Assembly (NCBI GenBank): GCA_963701095.1
Contig: OY969564.1
Span: 1,792,001 to 1,856,000 of the forward strand
Source of the DNA: an uncultured Methanoregulaceae archaeon
GTDB taxonomy: Archaea > Halobacteriota > Methanomicrobia > Methanomicrobiales > Methanospirillaceae
Length of the DNA: 64,000 bases
Reading direction: 5' to 3'
The notes below the pieces were generated by a model. The model searched no databases. It saw only the letters and a program-made list of their open reading frames with translations, and had not been told where the DNA came from. This document shows positions 30,229-41,289 of the stretch, in pieces. How positions within the stretch are numbered: the stretch's first letter is position 1; every line of letters begins with the position of its first letter. Made by a program: the position numbers and the translations under genes.

Positions 30229-32159
30229 TGAATTTCCGCCATACTCTTCAGAAATGGCTGCTTCGCGATCCTATCCGGTACCACGGTGTTCACGCAGATC
30301 TCATCTCGTCCCGGTCCGGTCTGACGCTCGAACAATACCTCTGGAAATCCATCAGGATCTCCGTACTCGTCGGGATTCTTTTTGGGATCCTGGGGTACGT
30401 TGTGAGCCGGCTTCTCGTTCTGGAGGTTCAGTCAGGAAAAGGTGTCTATAACGTCCTCAATCTGCAGCTTCCCCAAAGTTTAGGTTTTCTCACCAGTCTG
30501 ACTTTTGTAGTATCGGCAAGTGTCGTTATCTCTTTTGTTTTTGGCGCTTATGTCGCCTTTCTGTTCCTGGTCCGGCTCCCCCGTATCGAGAAGAACAACC
30601 GGAAGGTCAAGATCAACCTGACGCTGCATAATGCAGTAGCCTACATGTACGCAATGCGTCGTGGCGGAGCGCAGCTGATGACCATTTTTTATGCCATTTC
30701 TGAAAACGCTTCCATCTATGGTGAAGTCGCGCTGGAGTTCCGGCAGATCACCCGTGATGTTGATTATTTCGGATCTGACGTTATTACAGCTGTACGGCAC
30801 CTCTCGGAAACAACACCATCAGAAAAACTCAAGGATTTTCTCGAGGATCTCCTGTCTGTGATCGGGAGCGGGGGAGATCTCTCTGAGTTTCTGGCAAGCC
30901 GGGTGAGATTGTACCAGGAAGAAGCACGGTTCGAACAGAAACAGTTCCTGACTATTCTTTCGATGGTAGCGGAGTCATATGTTACCCTCTTTGTCGCCGG
31001 CCCTCTTTTTTTAATCATTATCATGGTGGTCATGGGGATGATGGGAGGATCTGCTGTCCTCCAGCTCTCTATTGTTATCTATGCAGTCATGCCCATTGGG
31101 TCACTGATTTTTATGCTCCTCATCGATCTTATCTCGGGAAAGGCAGAAAAGGCCGAACGCTATACCCGGGAAAAAGAGCTTAACACGTACGCGGATATAG
31201 CGCTGGTTAAAAAAACCGGTGAAGAGCACCTGTTTGACCAGCTCAAAAAATACGATAAGATACGAGTCCTGACCACTTTTATCCGTCATCCTCTTGAAAA
31301 TTTTGTCAATGATGTCAATCATACATTAATTGTTACAGTACCATTAGCGATTCTTTACCTGGCGCTTGTTATCTTCAATACCCCTCCCTACGCGGATCCG
31401 GAACTTTTTATTGAAGTCATTAATGCCCATGTAGTAATTGCCATCCTGATCGTTCTTGTTCCCTACGCAATCTTCTACGAGATCTGGGCCCGTAAGGTCA
31501 AAGGAATCCAGATCATGATCCCGGATTTCCTTGAACGAATGGCCGGCATCAACCGGGTTGGCCTGACGATGGCCCAGGCTATCGGTATTATGGTCAACAC
31601 CAATCTCGGCCTCCTCAGCTACGAGATCCGCCGGATCAAACGCGACATGGATTGGGGGGCGAATTTTTCCGATGCACTTATACGGTTTGAACAGCGGATC
31701 AGTACCGCTTCAATTGCACGGACTGTGACTCTCATTACAAAAGCTAGCGAGATGAGCGGGCAGATTGGGGAAGTTCTTGCAATTGCTGCAAGTGATGCAA
31801 AGATGAGTGAAACCCTTAAAAAAGAGCGTCACGCTGAGATGTTCATCTACACTGCTATCGTTTACCTCTCGTTCTTTGTTTTCCTTTTCGTCGTTGCTGT
31901 CTTATCAACTCAATTCCTTCCGGTCCTCGCTCATATCGGGGCATCCGGGATATCTATGGCAGGCCCCATCTCCGGTATCGGATCTGTTCCTATCAGGGCA
32001 TTCAACCGGCTTCTCTACCATGCGTGCCTGATCCAGGCAATCTTCTCGGGACTTATCGCCGGCCAGATGGGAGAGGCTTCACTTGCGGCAGGAGTAAAAC
32101 ATTCCTGCATCATGCTGATTATCTCTCTTGTCACGTTCAGTTTCATCATTGTTACGTAA
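30225..32159 (+). CDS. Type IV pilus platform membrane protein (TadC/FlaJ-like), second copy
   Basis: YGEVALEF..I.RDV..FG.D..TA....TPS, PDFLERMA; multi-TM; overlaps the ATPase stop. Confidence 0.9.
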   Translation: MMNFRHTLQKWLLRDPIRYHGVHADLISSRSGLTLEQYLWKSIRISVLVGILFGILGYVVSRLLVLEVQSGKGVYNVLNLQLPQSLGFLTSLTFVVSASVVISFVFGAYVAFLFLVRLPRIEKNNRKVKINLTLHNAVAYMYAMRRGGAQLMTIFYAISENASIYGEVALEFRQITRDVDYFGSDVITAVRHLSETTPSEKLKDFLEDLLSVIGSGGDLSEFLASRVRLYQEEARFEQKQFLTILSMVAESYVTLFVAGPLFLIIIMVVMGMMGGSAVLQLSIVIYAVMPIGSLIFMLLIDLISGKAEKAERYTREKELNTYADIALVKKTGEEHLFDQLKKYDKIRVLTTFIRHPLENFVNDVNHTLIVTVPLAILYLALVIFNTPPYADPELFIEVINAHVVIAILIVLVPYAIFYEIWARKVKGIQIMIPDFLERMAGINRVGLTMAQAIGIMVNTNLGLLSYEIRRIKRDMDWGANFSDALIRFEQRISTASIARTVTLITKASEMSGQIGEVLAIAASDAKMSETLKKERHAEMFIYTAIVYLSFFVFLFVVAVLSTQFLPVLAHIGASGISMAGPISGIGSVPIRAFNRLLYHACLIQAIFSGLIAGQMGEASLAAGVKHSCIMLIISLVTFSFIIVT

Positions 32160-32250
32160 AGCAATACGCCGGAGTTTTCTTTTTGTTTAAGACCTGCAAA
32201 CAGGCATAAATAATAGAATGGGAAGATTAGAGTAGTGAGGTGATTGCTGC

Positions 32251-32406
32251 ATGTGTAGTGTTGGCGGACCAACGGATATTGATCTTCCCCCCGACCGGGT
32301 CACTGCAAAGGATTACCGGTGCAAAGAATGCGGGGAACGGTTCAAGGGGATTGGCAAGCGGCCCATGTGTCCCTCCTGCCAGTCTGAAGATGTAACCGAG
32401 CTATGA
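32251..32406 (+). CDS. Small zinc-ribbon protein (frameshift near 32305), absent from the ORF track
   Basis: MCSVGGPTDIDLPPTGSL then KDYRCKECGERFKGIGKRPMCPSCQSEDVTEL*; GAGGTG RBS upstream. Confidence 0.65.
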   Translation: MCSVGGPTDIDLPPDRVTAKDYRCKECGERFKGIGKRPMCPSCQSEDVTEL

Positions 32407-32918
32407 ACAATTCCGCCTGTGACGACGTTCTGATCGTGAAAGGCGCTCATTCTTTTCTGCTTGTCGCACCAGTCCGAGAAAATTTTGCACTTTGTCTCGA
32501 AACCCGCGACAATGAATATGTTCAGGGAGTTCACGCTGGCGATGTGGTGGTAGTTTCAGCCCCGGAAGATGGTCCCGTTGAACCCGCACTTATGATTCTG
32601 GAGCTTGTCAGGACGTACCATCTGCCCGTTATTGTCCTCCCCCGGAACCACCCGGGATCGAAACGGATCCCGTATGTTATTTCGGTCGCACCTGAAATCC
32701 AGACCAGCTGCTCTGTCGTCCGTGGAACACACCCGGAACAGCATCTCATCTGTTCCTCGGATGAACTTGCAGGCCTGACTATCCGCATGACCCGGGAGGG
32801 TATTACTCTTTTTCCGCTTGCCGATACGTTTACCCTTGAAAAGATACAGTCGGCAGGTATCGCACATTTCTCTCCCGAATCCAGCTCCCTGAACGAATCT
32901 CATAAAAAACCGACCTGA
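32403..32918 (+). CDS. Hypothetical protein
   Basis: 171-aa ORF coupled (ATGA overlap) to the zinc-ribbon gene. Confidence 0.7.
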   Translation: MNNSACDDVLIVKGAHSFLLVAPVRENFALCLETRDNEYVQGVHAGDVVVVSAPEDGPVEPALMILELVRTYHLPVIVLPRNHPGSKRIPYVISVAPEIQTSCSVVRGTHPEQHLICSSDELAGLTIRMTREGITLFPLADTFTLEKIQSAGIAHFSPESSSLNESHKKPT

Positions 32919-32986
32919 AATCGTAAATAACAATACATATATTGTGATTTTCACCAAGTATTGTACTGCCGTGAGTGGAGGGTTGG

Positions 32987-33316
32987 ATGAAAACTGAGGT
33001 CCTTAATGACATCAAGAAAACTGAAACTGAGTATCAGTCGATGATCAGTGCGGCACAGGAAGAAAAAAAGAAAAGACATGCCCAGGCCGAGCTGGAAGCT
33101 GATAACCTTATAGCAAAGGCGCAGAGCAATGCTGAACACTATAAAAAGCTGAAACTGGAAGAAGCACGGCACCAGGCAGCACAAAAGCACGCCGAGATCC
33201 TTAAGGAAGGCAATCAGCGTTCAGCGGCATTGAAGGAGAAGGGCAAAAATAACCTTTCAAAGGCAGTGCAGCTGCTGGTATCGCGGTTTAAGGAGCAGCT
33301 GCATGTTAGCGCCTAA
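32987..33316 (+). CDS. atpH: A1Ao ATP synthase subunit H
   Basis: Charged helical protein (EVL.DIKK.E) at the head of the operon. Confidence 0.85.
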   Translation: MKTEVLNDIKKTETEYQSMISAAQEEKKKRHAQAELEADNLIAKAQSNAEHYKKLKLEEARHQAAQKHAEILKEGNQRSAALKEKGKNNLSKAVQLLVSRFKEQLHVSA

Positions 33317-35274
33317 ACCGATGACCCGTGTACTCATCGTCAGCTTCGCGTGATCAGGCTGTGCCTATTATACAGGAACTGTACCGGGAGCACTTGTTCC
33401 ACATCGAAGATTATGTGGATCAGGGTCGTGTGGAATATGAAGGCTTTAAGATCGGGACACCCCTCGAAGGGGCTACCGAAGCATCTACCGAGCTTATCAA
33501 AGTAAGGGCGATTGAGAATGTTTTTGCAATCCGTGGAGAAGACATTGATGCAAAACAGAAACTGAGCCTTCCCCAGATCAGCTCGCAGATCGAACAGGAG
33601 CTTCCCGGCATCGAAAAAGAAGTCGAAGAACTTGCTGGTGCCCGCTCGAAGCTTGATACGAAAGCTAAAGAGTTCGAGCAGAAGATTGCAGAACTTGCAC
33701 CGTTCCTGGAGATTCCGGTGGATCTTGCTCTTTTACGTGGGTTGCGGTTTTTCAGTGTCTTTGCCGGTTACGTGAACGGCAACCTGATCCTGAATGTTCC
33801 CCACGAAATGCAGGTTGTAAAAAGCAAGGAGCGGTCTTTTGTTCTTGCTATTGTTCCTGAAAAGAACAGAGCGGAAACCGAACGGCTCCTGCAGGATGTA
33901 CAGTTCCAGGCAGTCACAATTCCCGAAGAAAACGGCTCAGCCCCGGAACGGACTGCTTATTACACAGAGCAGATCGCCGGTCTTAAAAAAGAGATCGCTG
34001 CGATCAACGAAAAACTCGCCGGGATCAAAGAATCCCATACCGGATTACTGGTTGCCTGCGAGGAAGCGTTCCGGGCGAAGATCGAGCAGGCTGAAGCTCC
34101 CCTGCGTTTTGCCACAACTTCGAAAGTGTTTGTGGCAGAGGGCTGGGTTCCCGCGGATAGCGCTAAGGGTATCGGTGCGGCGCTGGACAAAGTAACCGGC
34201 GGAAAAGTGTTTGTTACAGAACTCCCGGTAGATCCGGTTCACGATGCGGTACCGGTAGAGTACAACAATCCGTCATTTGCAAAACCTACACAGATGCTCA
34301 TGGATATTTACTCACGCCCAATGTACACTGAAGTAGATCCGACGCTGATGCTGGCCATCGTATTTCCGATCTTCTTTGGTTTTATTCTCGGTGACGTTGG
34401 ATACGGTCTGTTGCTCCTGATTATGTGTTTTGCACTCCGCAGCATGTTAAAGGGAGATGAGGGCCAGCAGTTCCTTGTCGTTCTCAGGAATGCAAGTATA
34501 ATGAGTATTATATTCGGTCTCCTGTTCAGTGAGTGCCTGGGATTCGAACTTCCCTGGGCGCCGATCATTTACAGCCGGCACCTCAACATAGGGGGAGCCG
34601 AAGCCGGAGCGGGACCTATGATCCCGGAGCTCCTGATTCTGACGGTCTGGATCGGTATTTTGCATATTACGCTCGGCCGGAGCCTTGGTATAATCAATCA
34701 TGCACGTCAGGATCATGGCGAGCACCGGATAAAAGCTGTTCTCGCTAATCTCGGCTGGATCACCGTCATGTGGGGTATTCTTATTGCCATCTGGTCGATG
34801 TTTGCAATTCCCCTTATGCCGGACCTTACAAAACTCCCGGTGGTTGTTGCAGGGCTTTCTCTTGGTCTGGTTATTGCGATTGTGTTCATTGTTTTCGGAG
34901 TTATCTTCATTGCACGGGATGCGATTCTCGACATTGTTGAACTCCCTACGATTATCTCGCATGTGCTATCGTATGCACGTCTTATGGCGGTCGGCCTTTC
35001 ATCAGTGGCCATCGCAATGGTAGTAAATTACATGTCTATTGGCATGTTCATCGGACCCGCCTTGAAAAATATATCGATCTTAGGAATTCTTATGATTATA
35101 ATCGGCGTCCTGGTCTTTTTGCTGGGACATGCCCTTAATCTGGCATTGGGCATTTTGGGCGGCGGGCTCCACTCAATCAGGTTGCATTACGTTGAATTCT
35201 TCACCAAATTCTATAAAGGTGGAGGCAGGAAGTACAATCCATTTGGAATGAAACGAAGATTTACGGAGGATTAG
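33303..35274 (+). CDS. atpI: A1Ao ATP synthase subunit I (frameshift near 33340)
   Basis: MLAPKPMTRVLIV start; EVDPT, GDVGYG, SYARL.AVGL, HSIRLHYVEFFTKFY.GGG..Y.PF. Confidence 0.95.
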
Positions 35275-35277
35275 ATT

Positions 35278-35526
35278 ATGGCAGACGTTAACATGACTCT
35301 TGATATGGTTCAGGCATCGCAGGCTGGAATGAAGGCAATCGGCGCAGGTCTCGCCGTTGGTCTCACCGGTGTGGGTACCGGTGTTGCTGAGATGGGGATC
35401 GGTGCTGCGGCCGTCGGTGCAATCGCGGAGAACAAGGATTTCTTCGGGCTTGGCCTGCTTTTCACGGTCATTCCGGAAACCATCGTTATTTTCGGTCTTG
35501 TCATTGCACTTCTGCTCCTGTTCTAA
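35278..35526 (+). CDS. atpK: A1Ao ATP synthase proteolipid subunit K (single hairpin)
   Basis: GAGLAVGL, PETIVIFG with the conserved Glu. Confidence 0.95.
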   Translation: MADVNMTLDMVQASQAGMKAIGAGLAVGLTGVGTGVAEMGIGAAAVGAIAENKDFFGLGLLFTVIPETIVIFGLVIALLLLF

Positions 35527-35540
35527 TTGCGAGGCAGACA

Positions 35541-36118
35541 ATGGGACTGGAAGCAGTACCTGGAAGAGATTAGGGAAAAAGGCAAAAAAGAAGCGGATGC
35601 TATACGGGCTGAATCCCAGAAGGATGCTGACCGGATTCTTGCGGAAGCAAACCAGAAGGTAGCCGGAATCAAGGGTGACGCCGAGGACGCCTCAGCAAAA
35701 CAGGCAACACGGATAGTCTCCCAGGAAATCTCGGCCGCAAACCTTCTTGTCAAACGTGAGATTCTCAACACGCAAAAAGAGCTCCTTGATGATGTGTTTG
35801 AGAGCACCCGTTCAGAAATTGCCCGGCTCCCTGAAAGCTTCCATCGTGAAGCAATCAAAAAACTCCTTTCGGAAGCAAAAAAGGAGATCCCCCGGGGAAC
35901 GATTCACTGTAATGCAAGGGATGTTGCAACAGCAAAGGCTGTTCTTGCCGAGAAGGAATTCTCGGGCTATACCTTGGGCGATGCAGTCGATATCGACGGG
36001 GGGATCCTTATTGAAGGCGAAGGCAATGAGCTGCAGATCGATTACAGCTATCTGTACGTTCATGAACAAAGTATGGGAATCCGGGCTCAAGGATGCATCT
36101 GATCTCCTCTTCGGATAA
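35541..36118 (+). CDS. atpE: A1Ao ATP synthase subunit E (two frameshifts)
   Basis: MGLEAV start, EEIREKG, GGILIE, IDYS, VWESGLKDASDLLFG. Confidence 0.9.
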
Positions 36119-36130
36119 GGTGGTGTACCG

Positions 36131-37185
36131 ATGGCAGGGATGAAAGGCATTTCAGCGCCTACTATCTACGTCTGTACCAGGATGAGGGTGAGGAAGTCCA
36201 AGCTTCTCCCCGGGAAGAATTCATGAGGATGCTCAACATGAGTCTTCCCGAGATTACCCGTGTCATCGAAGAGACGTCTTACAAACAGGAAATCGATGAG
36301 CTGGGTACCACCTTTAAAGGGATTGATCTTCTCGAAGTGGCCTTAAGCTGGAACCTTGCAAAAGAATACCAGCGGATCCAGGAAATCACTCCGGGACCGC
36401 TCAAGCAGTTCACCAGGGCGTACCTCCGCTATTGGGACATCCAGAACGTCCTTACTATACTTCGCGGCAAAACCCAGGGGGAGAAAACCGGTAAGATAAA
36501 GGAAGTCCTTGTCCCGGCCGGGATCCTTGATAAGGTAATCCTCGACCGGCTCCTTGCCGAGGATGGCCCTGACCGCGTCATCGACGCCCTTAAAGGACGA
36601 AGAATCTACCCTGTGCTCGCCCGCGAGTACCCCGTGGCAAAAGAAACCGGTTCGTTTGCCAGGATGGAAAATGAGCTGTACAAGCAGTTCTATGCAGAGC
36701 TTATCGCAGAATCTGCCGGCGGGGATGCCGGTGGCCGGCTCTTCCTTGGCTTTGTCCGGCTGGATATTGACATTAAAAATATTATGACCCTTTTCCGGCT
36801 GCGGGCTGATAAAATCCAGGAAGACGCTAAGGAAATGTATATCCCCGGCGGCACGATCACCCCTGCAGACTTTGCTGCATTAAACACGATGCAGGATTAC
36901 CGGGAATTCACTGACCAGCTCAGGGCAAAAGTTCGCACCGAGCCGGTGGTTGAGCTCCTTAAGGGTCTTGAGATTGAAAGGCCGGTTCATGAAATTGCAT
37001 CGCTTCTTGTGCGGGTGCAGATGGATCAGATGGAGAAACTCTCAAAACGCAACCCCTTCTCCATCTATCCCATACTCGTGTATCTGGAAAAAAAGAAGTA
37101 TGAAGTGTTCAACCTTCGTGCACTGGCACGGGGAAAAGAATCCAAGCTCTCCCCGGAAATGATCGGGAAATACCTGGTGATGTAA
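36131..37185 (+). CDS. atpC: A1Ao ATP synthase subunit C (frameshift near 36210)
   Basis: [37 protein letters not shown]. Confidence 0.92.
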
Positions 37186-37186
37186 C

Positions 37187-37489
37187 ATGGAGATTGCAGT
37201 TATAGGCAATAGTGAGTTTATTCTCGGGTTCCGGTTGGCGGGTATCCGCAAGACCTACGCCGCGGAAAACGACGAGAAACTCAACGAGTACATTACCAGC
37301 GCCCTTGCAGATGGACAAGTAGGAATTCTTGTCCTGAACAGCAGCGATATGGAACGGCTTCCGCGCCGGCTCCGTGCAACGCTTGAAAATTCCGTTAAGC
37401 CAACAGTGATCGCTCTTGGCGGTGAGGAAGGGGGGCTGTCCATGAGAGAGAAAATCAAGAGATCGGTGGGTGTTGATCTGTGGAAATGA
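37187..37489 (+). CDS. atpF: A1Ao ATP synthase subunit F
   Basis: [16 protein letters not shown]...[10 protein letters not shown]. Confidence 0.96.
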   Translation: MEIAVIGNSEFILGFRLAGIRKTYAAENDEKLNEYITSALADGQVGILVLNSSDMERLPRRLRATLENSVKPTVIALGGEEGGLSMREKIKRSVGVDLWK

Positions 37490-39246
37490 AAACTGAAAAA
37501 AACAAAGAGGCAAAACAGGGCATTCTCAAAAGAATCTCCGGCCCCGTGGTTACGGCAGTCAATCTTGACGCCCACATGTACGATGTGGTCAAGGTCGGTA
37601 AAGAAGCGCTGATGGGTGAAGTCATCAAGATCCAGGGAGATAACGTCATTATCCAGGTATATGAGGACACTTCGGGTATCAGACCCGGCGAGCCGGTTGT
37701 AAACACCGGACTCTCGCTTGCCGTGGAACTCGGACCCGGTCTCCTCACCAGTATTTATGATGGAATCCAGCGCCCGCTTTCCGTGCTCGTGGAAAAAATG
37801 GGAAATTTTATCGAGCGTGGTGTATCTGCGCCCGGTCTTTCCCATGAGAAGAAATGGACTTTTAAACCGCTCATCAAATCCGGCGACAAGGTCGAACCAG
37901 GAGCGATCCTAGGTGAAGTGCAGGAAACAAATATCGTCCACCGGGTAATGCTCCCCCCTAACGTGAAAGCCGGGGTCGTTAAGACGATTAAGAGCGGGGA
38001 TTTCACTGTTGACGAGATCATATGCGTTCTCGAAGACGGCCGTGAATACCCGATGATCCAGCGTTGGCCGGTCCGTGTACCCCGTCCTGTCAGGGAGAAG
38101 AAGAATCCGACGATCCCGCTGATCACCGGTCAGCGTATCCTCGATGGTTTGTTCCCTATTGCGAAGGGTGGCACGGCAGCAATTCCCGGCCCGTTTGGGA
38201 GCGGCAAAACGGTCACCCAGCAGCAGCTGGCCAAATGGTCGGATGCAGAGATCGTGGTCTATATCGGCTGCGGTGAACGTGGCAACGAAATGACCGAAGT
38301 TCTTACCGAATTCCCGCATCTCGAGGACCCAAAATCAGGCAAACCGCTCATGGAGCGGACAGTGCTTATCGCAAATACTTCAAATATGCCGGTGGCTGCA
38401 CGTGAAGCTTCGGTATATACCGGTATTACGATCGCAGAGTACTTCCGAGATATGGGGTACGACGTCTCGCTTATGGCTGATTCAACATCCCGCTGGGCAG
38501 AAGCCATGCGTGAAATCTCAAGTCGTCTTGAGGAGATGCCTGGTGAAGAAGGATACCCGGCCTACCTCGCAGCCCGGCTTTCTGAATTCTACGAGCGTGC
38601 GGGTCTTGTCGAGACCCTGAACGGCGCATCCGGGTCGGTCTCCGTCATCGGTGCGGTCTCACCACCTGGTGGTGACTTCTCAGAACCTGTTACCCAGAAC
38701 ACGCTGCGTATCGTTAAGGTCTTCTGGGCACTGGATGCCAAGCTTTCCCAGCGCCGACATTTCCCGGCAATCAACTGGCTCAATTCGTACTCTCTGTACC
38801 TTGAAGCCCTCCACGACTGGTACGATAAGGAAGTCTCACCCGACTGGAACAAGATCCGGTCTTGGGCAATGGAGATCCTTCAGAAAGAGGCGGAACTACA
38901 GGAAATAGTGCAGCTTGTCGGTTCCGACGCCCTGCCTGAATCGGAACAAGTGACTATCGAAGTCGCCCGAATGATCCGTGAGATATTCCTCCAGCAGAAC
39001 GCGTACGACGCCGTTGATACTTTCTGCGATATGAAAAAGCAGTACGATATGATGAAATCGATAAAGCTCTTCGCGGAGCTTGCCTATGCTGCCCAGCTTG
39101 CAGGAGTAACCCCGTCGCAAATCAACGGTGTTAAATCCAAAAATGAGCTGCCCCAGATCAAGTTCATCAAAGACTACAAAGAGCCTCTTGCCAAGATTGA
39201 GAAGGATATGGACACTGAGTTCAACACACTGAGGTCGGCAGCATGA
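37480..39246 (+). CDS. atpA: A1Ao ATP synthase subunit A
   Basis: [29 protein letters not shown]; no intein. Confidence 0.98.
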   Translation: MEMKTEKNKEAKQGILKRISGPVVTAVNLDAHMYDVVKVGKEALMGEVIKIQGDNVIIQVYEDTSGIRPGEPVVNTGLSLAVELGPGLLTSIYDGIQRPLSVLVEKMGNFIERGVSAPGLSHEKKWTFKPLIKSGDKVEPGAILGEVQETNIVHRVMLPPNVKAGVVKTIKSGDFTVDEIICVLEDGREYPMIQRWPVRVPRPVREKKNPTIPLITGQRILDGLFPIAKGGTAAIPGPFGSGKTVTQQQLAKWSDAEIVVYIGCGERGNEMTEVLTEFPHLEDPKSGKPLMERTVLIANTSNMPVAAREASVYTGITIAEYFRDMGYDVSLMADSTSRWAEAMREISSRLEEMPGEEGYPAYLAARLSEFYERAGLVETLNGASGSVSVIGAVSPPGGDFSEPVTQNTLRIVKVFWALDAKLSQRRHFPAINWLNSYSLYLEALHDWYDKEVSPDWNKIRSWAMEILQKEAELQEIVQLVGSDALPESEQVTIEVARMIREIFLQQNAYDAVDTFCDMKKQYDMMKSIKLFAELAYAAQLAGVTPSQINGVKSKNELPQIKFIKDYKEPLAKIEKDMDTEFNTLRSAA

Positions 39247-40631
39247 AGGAATACAGGACGATCACTAAAATTGCCGGTCCTCTCGTATTCGTCGAGAAGA
39301 CCGAACCTATTGCTTACGGAGAACTAGTCAACATTGTCCTTTTTGATGGCACCACCAAACGCGGCCAGGTGCTGGACACAAGCGACGAACTGGTCGTTGT
39401 CCAGATCTTTGAGACCACTACCGGTATAGGTAAAGACAGCGGGGTCCGGTTTACCGGCGAGACTATCAAGATGCCAGTTGGCCATGAGATGTTGGGGCGT
39501 ATCCTTTCAGGCGGCGGTAAACCAATCGACGGTGGTCCGGAGATTGTCCCGGAGAAACGCCTCGATATTACCGGTGCTGCGATTAACCCCTATGCCCGCG
39601 GTATGCCGGCAGAATTCATCCAGACCGGTATCTCAACTATTGATGGTACCAACACTCTCGTCCGTGGTCAGAAACTCCCGATCTTCTCAGGCGCGGGTCT
39701 GCCGCACAACAACGTTGCTTTGCAGATTGCCCGGCAGGCAAAAGTTCCCGGCTCGACTGAAAGTTTTGCTGTGGTCTTTGCTGCGATGGGAATCACCAAG
39801 GAAGAAGCCAATTACTTCATGCAGGACTTTGAGCGCACTGGAGCTCTCGAACGTGCTGTCGTCTTCCTTAATCTCGCAGATGACCCTGCTGTAGAACGTA
39901 TCATCACCCCGCGTCTTGCCCTTACAACTGCAGAATACCTTGCTTTCGAACTGGGTATGCATGTACTGGTCATATTGACGGACATGACCAACTATTGCGA
40001 AGCACTCCGTCAGATTGGTGCAGCCAGGGAAGAAGTTCCCGGTCGGCGTGGCTATCCCGGGTACATGTACACGGATCTTGCCAACATCTACGAACGTGCC
40101 GGTATGATCAAGGGCTTGAAAGGCTCAGTTACCCAGATCCCGATCCTTACGATGCCAGGTGACGACATTACCCATCCGATCCCCGATCTGACTGGCTACA
40201 TCACTGAAGGCCAGATCGTGGTCAACCGTGAACTGCACCGCAAGGGTATCTATCCACCTATCAACGTTCTGCCCTCACTTTCACGGCTGATGAACCTGGG
40301 TATTGGTAAGGGACATACCCGGGAAGACCACAAGAAAGTCTCAGACCAGATGTACGCTGGCTACGCTGAAGGAAACGATCTCCGTGGCCTCGTTGCAATC
40401 GTTGGTAAGGATGCACTCTCTGAACGAGACCGGTTACTCCTTGAGTTTGCCGATCTCTTCGAGAACCGTTTTGTCCGTCAGGGATACGATGAAGACCGCA
40501 CCATTGAGGATACATTGAACCTTGGATGGGACCTTCTCTCAACGTTACCGGTGGAACAGCTCACCCGTATCGACCGCGATCTGATCAACAAGTACCACCC
40601 GAAATTTAAAGCCGGTGCAAAGAAGGAGTAA
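39243..40631 (+). CDS. atpB: A1Ao ATP synthase subunit B
   Basis: [42 protein letters not shown]. Confidence 0.98.
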   Translation: MKEYRTITKIAGPLVFVEKTEPIAYGELVNIVLFDGTTKRGQVLDTSDELVVVQIFETTTGIGKDSGVRFTGETIKMPVGHEMLGRILSGGGKPIDGGPEIVPEKRLDITGAAINPYARGMPAEFIQTGISTIDGTNTLVRGQKLPIFSGAGLPHNNVALQIARQAKVPGSTESFAVVFAAMGITKEEANYFMQDFERTGALERAVVFLNLADDPAVERIITPRLALTTAEYLAFELGMHVLVILTDMTNYCEALRQIGAAREEVPGRRGYPGYMYTDLANIYERAGMIKGLKGSVTQIPILTMPGDDITHPIPDLTGYITEGQIVVNRELHRKGIYPPINVLPSLSRLMNLGIGKGHTREDHKKVSDQMYAGYAEGNDLRGLVAIVGKDALSERDRLLLEFADLFENRFVRQGYDEDRTIEDTLNLGWDLLSTLPVEQLTRIDRDLINKYHPKFKAGAKKE

Positions 40632-40640
40632 AGGTATCCC

Positions 40641-41270
40641 ATGGCGCTACGCGATATCAAGCCAACCCGTTCAGAATTGATCAATCTCAAAAGGAAGATC
40701 CAGCTTTCAGAACGCGGCTATAAGATCCTCAAGATGAAGCGCGATGGACTGATCTTAGAATTTTTCAAGATCCTTTCCGAGGCAAAAGACAGCCGAGGAG
40801 AGCTCCTGAGAAAGTACAAGCAAGCCGTAGATATGATGGCTGTGGCAAACACAGTTGAAGGAGCTATTGGCGTCAAGTCGGCGGCATTCTCAGTAAAAGA
40901 GGTGCCGGTTATCACGCTGAAGAGCAAAAACATTATGGGCGTAGTGGTTCCTGAAATTGAATCCTCGAAAGTGAAAAAAACCCTCACCGACCGGGGATAC
41001 GGTGTTCTTGGTACTTCACCGGTAATCGATGAAACGGCGTCAGCGTTCGAGGATCTGGTAGAATCCATCATCGAGAGCGCTGAGATCGAGACAACCATGA
41101 AACGTCTCCTTGATGAGATCGAAAAGACCAAACGCCGGGTCAATGCACTTGAGTTCAAGGTTATCCCGGAGCTCACTGAGGCCCGGGATTTCATCAAGAT
41201 GCGTCTTGACGAAATGGAACGTGAGGAACTTTTCAGGATGAAGAAAATCAAGGCCCGGGGTTCGGCGTAA
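40641..41270 (+). CDS. atpD: A1Ao ATP synthase subunit D
   Basis: PTRSEL, NIMGV, KTKRRVNALE. Confidence 0.97.
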   Translation: MALRDIKPTRSELINLKRKIQLSERGYKILKMKRDGLILEFFKILSEAKDSRGELLRKYKQAVDMMAVANTVEGAIGVKSAAFSVKEVPVITLKSKNIMGVVVPEIESSKVKKTLTDRGYGVLGTSPVIDETASAFEDLVESIIESAEIETTMKRLLDEIEKTKRRVNALEFKVIPELTEARDFIKMRLDEMEREELFRMKKIKARGSA

Positions 41271-41289
41271 CCCTGGGAGGTGTGGCAGT

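Noticed and set aside
18858..32159. Archaellum (fla/arl) operon
   Set aside because: The pilins are DUF1628-type rather than archaellins, and no FlaF/G or chemotaxis genes are present.
33303..37185. Pseudogenisation or programmed frameshifting of ATP synthase subunits
   Set aside because: Frameshifts occur window-wide with no common slippery motif; assembly error is far more likely.
37480..39246. Intein in atpA (also checked tfb)
   Set aside because: Both proteins have normal length and uninterrupted motifs.
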